Assembly (NCBI GenBank): GCA_945834475.1 | Contig: CAMAHK010000003.1 | Coordinates: 900-64,899, forward strand | Direction: 5' to 3' | Source: an uncultured Verrucomicrobiota bacterium | GTDB lineage: Bacteria; Verrucomicrobiota; Kiritimatiellia; RFP12; UBA1067 | DNA length: 64,000 nt | In this document: positions 57,621 through 64,000 of the stretch, one piece after another | Position numbering within the stretch: position 1 is the stretch's first letter | Layout of the letters: each line of letters starts with the position of its first letter | Translations under genes and position numbers: made by a program | Notes under the pieces: generated by a model | What the model was told of the DNA's origin: nothing | Seen by the model: only the letters and a program-made list of their open reading frames with translations | The model's database searches: none

Positions 57621-58733
57621 TCAGAGCTTCTTGAGGACGTTCCGGATCGAGCGTTCGCGGGCTTCGACGGATTCGCAGAGGCGGAACTGGACACGCGCCC
57701 GGTTCAGGTTCTGCTCGGGCATCTTCGTTTTGAAGTAGACGTTGCCATTGAGGTAGTCCTGGAAGAAGCGAAGCCCGAGCTCGAATGGCAACAGGCGGAT
57801 CGAGTCGTAGAGGTACGCCCGGTCGGCGTCTGTCAGGAACGAGCCCGCCTCGCGCATGTAGCCCTTGCAGAACGCCGTGCAGAGGTCTTCGTCGAAGACG
57901 ACCTTCGCAAGGTTCGTCTCCTCCTCGCCGGCAGGATTACAGATCGAGCGAAGCGCATCACCGAAGTCAAGGTGGATGAGTCCCGGCGAGACGGTGTCGA
58001 GATCGATCATGGCCGTACCCTTGCCGGTCACGTCGTCGATCATAATGTTGTTCACCTTCGGATCGCCGTGGAAGAGACGCTTTTTGATCTCGCCCTTCTT
58101 CTGCGCCTTCTCAAGGCAGAGCGCGAGGTCGCGGCGCTCTTCGATGAACTTCGCCAGACGCTTCGCCTCCATCGAGCTCTTGATCAGCTCCTTCGCGGCC
58201 GCCGTCTTGAGCGTCTTGTCGTAGGCCTTGAGGTAGCCGGAGGTGATGTGGAAGCCCGGGAGCGGATCCTTGATGCTCTTCGGATCCATGTCCGAGATCA
58301 GATAGTGGAAGTGCCCGAGCGCGGCGCCGCACTCCATCGCATGCTCCGGCCCCTGCGCGACATCGAAGGCATGCGCGCTCATGATGCGCGTGATGACGCG
58401 CCAGACCTCGCCCTTGTCGTCAACGACGTAGTCCTTCGAATCCTTCGCCTTAATGATGCGCGGCATCTGCCAGACGCGGTCGTCACTACCCTTCGCCGCA
58501 TCATCCTCAAGCTTCTCGTGACAGTGCTTCGTCACCTCGTGCATATTCGCCATGATCGCCTGCGGGTCCGGGAAGACATTCCGGTTCACGCGTTGGAGGA
58601 TCACCTGCGTCTCAGTAAACGTGTTGCGGTAGATCGCCAGAAACGTGTCGTTGATGTTGCCGTTGCCGAACGGCTGAAGCGACACGAGGCGTCCCTTAAC
58701 ATTGAACTTGTTGATGAGAATCGAGAGTTCCAT
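57621..58733 (-). CDS. APH-family phosphotransferase, NahK-like sugar kinase (putative)
   Basis: LFHGDPKVNNIMIDD catalytic loop and IDLDTV motif. 370 aa. Confidence 0.7.
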   Translation of the reverse strand: MELSILINKFNVKGRLVSLQPFGNGNINDTFLAIYRNTFTETQVILQRVNRNVFPDPQAIMANMHEVTKHCHEKLEDDAAKGSDDRVWQMPRIIKAKDSKDYVVDDKGEVWRVITRIMSAHAFDVAQGPEHAMECGAALGHFHYLISDMDPKSIKDPLPGFHITSGYLKAYDKTLKTAAAKELIKSSMEAKRLAKFIEERRDLALCLEKAQKKGEIKKRLFHGDPKVNNIMIDDVTGKGTAMIDLDTVSPGLIHLDFGDALRSICNPAGEEETNLAKVVFDEDLCTAFCKGYMREAGSFLTDADRAYLYDSIRLLPFELGLRFFQDYLNGNVYFKTKMPEQNLNRARVQFRLCESVEARERSIRNVLKKL

Positions 58734-58828
58734 TTTTGATCATAACCTTTCCGATAGACTGACCAATACATGCTGTCTGTTTCACGAGTCCCGTATATCC
58801 TACCAAAAGCTCACGCCGTCCGCAAGGC

Positions 58829-60757
58829 TCAAAGACGGCTCGATAGCTCACTGAATTTGCACGAGCCCTGATTATACGTCTGCGGCGGTTGTTTTTTGCC
58901 GAGGCCAACGCCCTTCGTCATCAGGGCCTTGAGCTCGTCCAGATGATCCGTGTACACACCGCGCGGATCACAGCCGTGCTTCTTGCAGATCGACGCCGCC
59001 ATGCCGACGACTTCGCCCATCATGCCGTGCGTGCGCATGACGCGCGTCGTCCCGAGCGCGACATGCGTGACCGAGATGTCGCGTCCCGCCATGAAGAGGT
59101 TCGGCACGTTCCGCGAGTAGAAACAACGGTACGGAATCGGATACGGATAGTGCTTGTCGTGCGTGCAGATCGACCGAAACGGCTCGCCGTCGTAGTTGCG
59201 TTGATTGGCCGGCATCGGATAATGGAGGTCGATCGCCCACGTCGTGCAGCATGTGCCGTCCGGATAAGGACGCTCCTCGAAGACATCGTCGTAGGTGAGA
59301 ATGTGGTCGCCCATCAGCCGCCGCGTCTCGCGCTTGCCCGCAACATACGCGACCCACGCAAGTTCGGCATCGGCGAATTCATTCTTACGGGGCCCGATGT
59401 TCTTCACGTGATTCCAGTTCGAATACGCCACCAGCATCGCATAGTCGCGCACCGTCTCGAAGTCATTGAGCTGGTCGCGGAACATTCCTGTCTCCCAGTT
59501 CCAGTCCCCATGCAGCGTATAGTCGACCGCCTCCTCATTGAACCGAATCATCCACGGCTCGTTCGGGAACACCACCGTATCTTCTCCACCTCCACCTCTT
59601 TTCTCCACCTTCGCATTCCTCACCGCATACCACTGGCAGGAGGCGCCGAGAATCTGCTTGTCGGCGACATCGACAGCGTCCTTCTCGCCCGTCTCCGCCT
59701 TCGACTCGCGCCCGAGCCGCCAGTCCGCGCCCGCCAGCGCCCCGACGCACCCGTCGCCCGTGCAGTCGACGAAGAGCGGCGCGACAAACCGCGTCCGAGC
59801 CCCCGTCACCACGTCGCGCCCGATCACCGCCAAGATACGTCCCTGCGCCGTACCGCAGGCCGTCTCCGGCCGCGGCGCCGTCTCAGCTCCCACCACCCGG
59901 CAGTTCAGCACGAGCGTGATGTTCTTCTCCGCCTTCACCGCCGCCATCTTGCGGTCGTCCTCGTAGCGTTCCGCCGGCTGCGCGTTGCCGCCCTTCGCGG
60001 GACCGATCTCCGCGACGACGTCGCCGAGCCGCGGATACGGCCCGAGATTCTGATAGCCGCCCAAGTGCACGCGCACCTCCGACGAGTTCGCGCCGCCCAG
60101 CACGGGACGGTCCTGCACGAGCGCGACCTTGAGCCCGAGCCGCGCCGCCGAAATCGCCGTACAGATGCCCGCGATACCGCCGCCCGCGACGACGAGGTCG
60201 GCGTGACAGTCCGTAGTCGCTGTTGGCCGTGTAGAGGTGGAGAGCGTGTAGAGTTTGTCCGGGCTCTCGGATTTCTCCGTCGTCACGACAATCGCATCGC
60301 AACGGCCGTCAAAGCCCGTCAGGTCTTTGAGCCGGAGAAAATATCTCGTATTCGCGGCGAACTTCCGAACGCCCGCCTTTTGCCAATGCCAGGACGAATT
60401 ACCGTCCGTACCCATTGGCTCCGACAGCCACGGCGAGCGATTCCGCATCGAAAGGACTTCGATTTCGAGTTGGAACTTTCCGGCAGAGCCCTGCTTGGCC
60501 CATTTCGCCGTCCAGTCCATCGTGCGCACCCAAATCGCATATTCGCCGCCTTTCTTGACTTCGAATGTCGTCGACGCATCGGCGACGGGATGCCCAAGTC
60601 CGTGTGCGAGAAGATAGCTTGACCCCATCTCGTCGATGAACTGCGAATCGACCGACCACCCGCCATGGTTCGCGAACTGCTCGCACTCGAGCACAACCGT
60701 CTCCGCCCAGGCCGAAGACAACCCCATCAGCAGCACACCAGCAATTAGTCTCTTCAT
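58829..60757 (-). CDS. Secreted FAD-dependent oxidoreductase (FAD_oxidored family) with an N-terminal beta-sandwich domain
   Basis: Signal peptide. DLVVAGGGIAGICTAISAARLGLKVALVQDRPVLGGANSSE dinucleotide-binding motif. Confidence 0.8.
   Translation of the reverse strand: MKRLIAGVLLMGLSSAWAETVVLECEQFANHGGWSVDSQFIDEMGSSYLLAHGLGHPVADASTTFEVKKGGEYAIWVRTMDWTAKWAKQGSAGKFQLEIEVLSMRNRSPWLSEPMGTDGNSSWHWQKAGVRKFAANTRYFLRLKDLTGFDGRCDAIVVTTEKSESPDKLYTLSTSTRPTATTDCHADLVVAGGGIAGICTAISAARLGLKVALVQDRPVLGGANSSEVRVHLGGYQNLGPYPRLGDVVAEIGPAKGGNAQPAERYEDDRKMAAVKAEKNITLVLNCRVVGAETAPRPETACGTAQGRILAVIGRDVVTGARTRFVAPLFVDCTGDGCVGALAGADWRLGRESKAETGEKDAVDVADKQILGASCQWYAVRNAKVEKRGGGGEDTVVFPNEPWMIRFNEEAVDYTLHGDWNWETGMFRDQLNDFETVRDYAMLVAYSNWNHVKNIGPRKNEFADAELAWVAYVAGKRETRRLMGDHILTYDDVFEERPYPDGTCCTTWAIDLHYPMPANQRNYDGEPFRSICTHDKHYPYPIPYRCFYSRNVPNLFMAGRDISVTHVALGTTRVMRTHGMMGEVVGMAASICKKHGCDPRGVYTDHLDELKALMTKGVGLGKKQPPQTYNQGSCKFSELSSRL
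59583..59612. repeat. CCACCT-type simple repeat inside the FAD oxidoreductase gene
   Basis: TCTCCACCTCCACCTCTTTTCTCCACCTTC, translated as KVEKRGGGGED. Confidence 0.65.
59850..59884. repeat. Degenerate class-1 arm (in the FAD oxidoreductase gene)
   Basis: GTACCGCAGGCCGTCTCCGGCCGCGGCGCCGTCTC resembles GTACCGCGGTGCGTCTCGCCCGCGGCGTCTCC. It is translated as ETAPRPETACGT. Confidence 0.45.
60226..60253. repeat. GCCGTGTAGAGGTGGAGAGCGTGTAGAG repeat inside the FAD oxidoreductase gene
   Basis: It shares the 18-mer with 41768-41785 and is translated as LYTLSTSTRP. Confidence 0.65.
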
Positions 60758-60795
60758 GACAATATCCTCAACGAGTTAATTTCCGATTCTGAATT

Positions 60796-62454
60796 TTACC
60801 AAATCTTACCGATGCGAACCCAGACGAAATCGAGCTTCTCATCAACCTTAACCTTAAGCCTTAGTCCATCGGCAACCGCAGTTCCCCGCGGAGACAGCAC
60901 CTCGCACATTCCGGTCGGGACCGGACTTCTGGCGATCCCGACCGCACCCACAAACAGACGCAGATCAACCTCATAATCCGTCTCGTCATTCAGTTCGCGA
61001 AAAAGGATCACGTCCAGTTCCCCATCTTCCTGCGCGACAACAAACCCCGTCCAGGCGACGCCGTCGGGCTTCGCGCCGATCGGATGCACGACGCCCGCGT
61101 GCAGCCGCGTGCGATGCCGTTTCCACGTCGCGACGAACGGCTTCAGCCGCGCGACCGTCGCCGCATCGAGTCCGCTCGCCTCGAACCATCCGAGCGGCGA
61201 ACCGAGCATCACGCTCGCGAAGACACTCTCGATCGGCCAGGCCGCGGGGGCGAGCGGATCGTTCGCATACTTCTCGCGGTTGCGGAGTGGATTCAGGATC
61301 TCCATCCGCAGCCGCACGGGATCGACCACGTCGCAGAGCGCCCAGAATTGCCGCAACGTCTGATGCGGCCAGTACTTGTGCCAGTCGGTATAGCGGTTCT
61401 CGACGAAGACTGGGCCGATCTCGGGAAGGCCGAAATACCCTGGACGCCGCTCCGCCGTTACGTCCAAATCGAAGACGACCTTCTGCGCCGACCCCTTCAG
61501 CACCTTGTCGAAGAGCGCCGCCTGACGCTTGAGCGACAACTCGCTCCGCGTCTTCAGCGAATCGATCTTGAAATAGTCGACGCCCAGCGTCCGATGATAA
61601 TCGAGCAACAAGTCCGCATCACGCTCCCAATTCGCCGCGTCGTGCGACGAATCGGGACCGAACCAGAGCCCAAGCTTCATCCCGTGCGCGGCGAGCCCCT
61701 CGAGGATGGGCTTGAGTCCGTTCGGGAACCGCACCGGATCGGGCGACCAGAATTCCGGATCACTCGCCCAATAGCCGTCCCACACGCCCTTCCCCTTCGC
61801 CGCCGTCGAATTGGCCGTACGTCCCTTCTGCCAGCCGTCGTCAATCTGCACGACGTCGACGCCCAGCTCCGCCGCTGCCGCGATTTCCCGCATCAGGAAC
61901 GCCTCGCAGATGCGCGCGTCGCGGTTGCGGTCGCCCCACGTGTTCGAGAGGAAGAGTCCGTCGCGACCCGCGACGTAGGGACGCAGCTCGCGCTGCGCCT
62001 TCATGAGTGCCGTGCGTCGTCCGACCGTTCCGCCCGCGTACGGCAGCTTCAACGTGCGACACGGACGCTCGATGACCTCAACGCCGTCCACCGAACCGGG
62101 CTTCGTCCTGAAGTCGGAACCCTCCCAGTTCCGCGAACCAGGCAATGGCGAAAGCCGCAAATACACCGTCCCCGCGCCCGTCACAACATCCTGCACATCG
62201 ACGACATTCGCCGTGATCTCAACGGGGACTGTCCCCGGCAAGAGCAGCCACTCGCGCGTCTGCACCAGCTCCCCGACCCCGTCTGTCTGGTCCTTTAACT
62301 CCCACGCCGTCACCTTCAGATGCGACTGAGAACTGGCGCGAGGTGCCTGACACTCCGCGCCACTTTTTGCATCCGGATCCGTCTCGATGCCGGTCGCTCC
62401 GAAACACACACCGATCGTCCACACCGCCAAAAATAAAATCATCCGAGCCATCAT
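60796..62454 (-). CDS. Alpha-galactosidase-like glycoside hydrolase (GH36/GH27 clan, putative)
   Basis: Signal peptide. VDVVQIDDGWQKGR and YFKIDS motifs typical of melibiase-type enzymes. The family assignment is tentative. Confidence 0.6.
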   Translation of the reverse strand: MMARMILFLAVWTIGVCFGATGIETDPDAKSGAECQAPRASSQSHLKVTAWELKDQTDGVGELVQTREWLLLPGTVPVEITANVVDVQDVVTGAGTVYLRLSPLPGSRNWEGSDFRTKPGSVDGVEVIERPCRTLKLPYAGGTVGRRTALMKAQRELRPYVAGRDGLFLSNTWGDRNRDARICEAFLMREIAAAAELGVDVVQIDDGWQKGRTANSTAAKGKGVWDGYWASDPEFWSPDPVRFPNGLKPILEGLAAHGMKLGLWFGPDSSHDAANWERDADLLLDYHRTLGVDYFKIDSLKTRSELSLKRQAALFDKVLKGSAQKVVFDLDVTAERRPGYFGLPEIGPVFVENRYTDWHKYWPHQTLRQFWALCDVVDPVRLRMEILNPLRNREKYANDPLAPAAWPIESVFASVMLGSPLGWFEASGLDAATVARLKPFVATWKRHRTRLHAGVVHPIGAKPDGVAWTGFVVAQEDGELDVILFRELNDETDYEVDLRLFVGAVGIARSPVPTGMCEVLSPRGTAVADGLRLKVKVDEKLDFVWVRIGKIW

Positions 62455-63971
62455 TTTCCCCGTGGCGAGCCCAGCGTTACGCCCTTGTCGTATTGCGTCT
62501 TGTGTTCACAGTTCTTAAATTCATTGCCCTCGACGACGTTGTTCCACGGCGCAAAGGGATCCGTTTCAAGTGCGGACGCGAGCCCCGGATATGCCGCGCG
62601 CCATGCGTCATTGAAGGGACAAAACTCCGCGAAGGCCTTTGTGAACCAATCGGGATGCTCCGTCCACTGCCTCCACGTCGTCCCTCGTGAATCGATATGA
62701 ATACCGATCTTACAGTCCGCAAACGTATTACCTTCAATCCGGAAAAGATTCCCGCCCCCAAGCAGTACGCCGCGTCCGAGCCGCTCGAAGCGATTCGAGA
62801 TAACGCTATCCCCCCAATCACAATCGTCAAAATAGACAGCGCTTGTGTAATCACGCTTCGTCGGATCGCCGAGATCGTGGAAGTAGTTGCCGCAGATCAT
62901 CGTCCCCATTTCGCTCGGATTGCGCCCCGTGTAAATCGCCCCGGCGTCGCCCGTCTCCATCAGCACGCGGTCGAACTCGTTGCCTTCGATCAGATGGTCG
63001 TTCCCCTTGAAGAGAATCGCGTTGTGCGGCGCGTCACGGAAAACACAGTTGCGCACAACCTGTCCGCACCCCTGCATCAACACCCCCGGCGTATAGGTGC
63101 GCAGGAAACGCGCCCATCTGCGGAACTGACATCCGTCGATGACGATATTCGACTTCTTCAGCGTCTTGCGGTTCCCACCCGCCAAAATGATCGCACCCTT
63201 TCCGAGGTTGCCGAAGCGACACTTGTCGACTCGCGAATTGTCGCCCGTGAGCTGAAGCGCCGTCCCGCCCAGATTGACGAAGTCACACGCGGTCAGCCGA
63301 ACGCCGTCAACATGATCGAGTTGCACGGCCGTGTTCGCATGAGAATACTCGAAGACAATTCCCTCGAAGGCAAAATCGGTGAGACCGTCAGCCTTTATAA
63401 AAGGCACCGTTGAGGTCGCCAGAACGTAGTGCGCCTTCTCCTCGTCCGCCTGCGGCACGACCAGGAGACGCTTTTTCGCGCGATCGAGATACCATTCGCC
63501 CGGCGCATCGAGTTCGGAAAGCGCATTGTAGACACAATAGCGCCGACCCTTAAAGCCCCACGTCTTGCCGCCGAGTCCATACTGATGGCGTCCGCTGAAC
63601 GACAGGGTCTTCGTTACGGGATCAAACGCCGCACCCTTGATGAAACTTTCGGACCAGTCATGCCGCCAATACCCGTAGAACCAGATGCCGGCAGAAAAAT
63701 CCCAGTCCTTCGCGCGCACTTCGTTGCAGACGATGGCAGTCGCCTTCTCGGGATTCGCCGCGCCGTCTTGCGCAGCCTCACCTGCCGTAACAACAGAATT
63801 TTCGAACGTCAGCCATTCTGATCCGTTCGGAAACCGTGCAATCTCCAGCGGCTTGCCATTACGATAGAGCCATGGCCCCGGGGGCACACGAAACGAATCG
63901 GGCCAGTCCGCAAGCTCGCCCGCGACAAGCGCCGATACGTTCGCCGCACACACGTCAACGCCTTTGCGCAC
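62451..63971 (-). CDS. Right-handed parallel beta-helix repeat protein (pectate-lyase fold)
   Basis: Repeated GxxxxNxxF/I turns (NCVFRDAPHNAILF, GNEFDRV, NRFERLGRGVLLGGGN, GNTFADC). The upstream reading frame may continue beyond 63971 toward the window edge. Confidence 0.65.
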   Translation of the reverse strand: MRKGVDVCAANVSALVAGELADWPDSFRVPPGPWLYRNGKPLEIARFPNGSEWLTFENSVVTAGEAAQDGAANPEKATAIVCNEVRAKDWDFSAGIWFYGYWRHDWSESFIKGAAFDPVTKTLSFSGRHQYGLGGKTWGFKGRRYCVYNALSELDAPGEWYLDRAKKRLLVVPQADEEKAHYVLATSTVPFIKADGLTDFAFEGIVFEYSHANTAVQLDHVDGVRLTACDFVNLGGTALQLTGDNSRVDKCRFGNLGKGAIILAGGNRKTLKKSNIVIDGCQFRRWARFLRTYTPGVLMQGCGQVVRNCVFRDAPHNAILFKGNDHLIEGNEFDRVLMETGDAGAIYTGRNPSEMGTMICGNYFHDLGDPTKRDYTSAVYFDDCDWGDSVISNRFERLGRGVLLGGGNLFRIEGNTFADCKIGIHIDSRGTTWRQWTEHPDWFTKAFAEFCPFNDAWRAAYPGLASALETDPFAPWNNVVEGNEFKNCEHKTQYDKGVTLGSPRGK

Positions 63972-64000
63972 ACCCGCACGAAAGGCCGATTTCGGAATCT

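Noticed and set aside
58791-58801. A TGGTAGGAT extended -10-like box upstream of the NahK-like kinase gene.
   Set aside because: The hexamer TAGGAT is a weaker match than the other boxes, and the gene may simply be co-transcribed with the upstream FAD oxidoreductase gene. I did not list it as a feature.
1-64000. Transposases, integrases, prophage genes, toxin-antitoxin pairs or a canonical defence island.
   Set aside because: No ORF shows DDE/Y1/serine-recombinase, phage structural or known TA signatures. The window is housekeeping plus glycan metabolism. The palindromic elements have no coding capacity of their own, so any mobilising enzyme must be encoded elsewhere.

Overview
GC-rich bacterial chromosomal core region. 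Gene content (DUF1080, GH84, DUF4091, beta-helix and FAD-oxidoreductase glycan genes, HprK plus a permease-less PTS) is reminiscent of the PVC superphylum, but that is inference only. I call about 54 protein genes, and all but one (GT2 at 10022-10921) are on the minus strand, packed tightly with many ATGA/GTGA stop-start overlaps. Recognisable genes include lepA, pheT, potD-like, dapA, a 1404-aa GH13+GH133 debranching enzyme, smc (short, hinge-less), epmA, ptsI/ptsH/hprK/hpf/lptB/kdsA, two histidine kinases, nrnA, mutS, nadD, proC, trkA, argS, dus, a SEC-C/SNF2/SWIM operon, dacA-like, mntR, nrdR and several glycoside hydrolases. I found no rRNA, tRNA, CRISPR array, transposase or prophage genes. 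The most unusual signal is at the DNA level. Several families of short palindromic or tandem repeats sit inside intact ORFs of unrelated housekeeping genes and are translated in both orientations and more than one frame. These include REPIN/RPE-like doublets with GTACC...GGTAC termini, a 65-68-bp nested palindrome and an 8-bp GCCAATTC array. Other points of interest are a recurrent TGNTATAAT box 7-9 nt upstream of start codons (implying leaderless mRNAs), a NadD fused to a ferredoxin:thioredoxin-reductase-like Cys motif, and a Zn-ribbon-EIIA(Ntr) fusion coupled to mntR. Coordinates of hand-mapped repeats were cross-checked against the ORF track but may be off by 1-2 nt.
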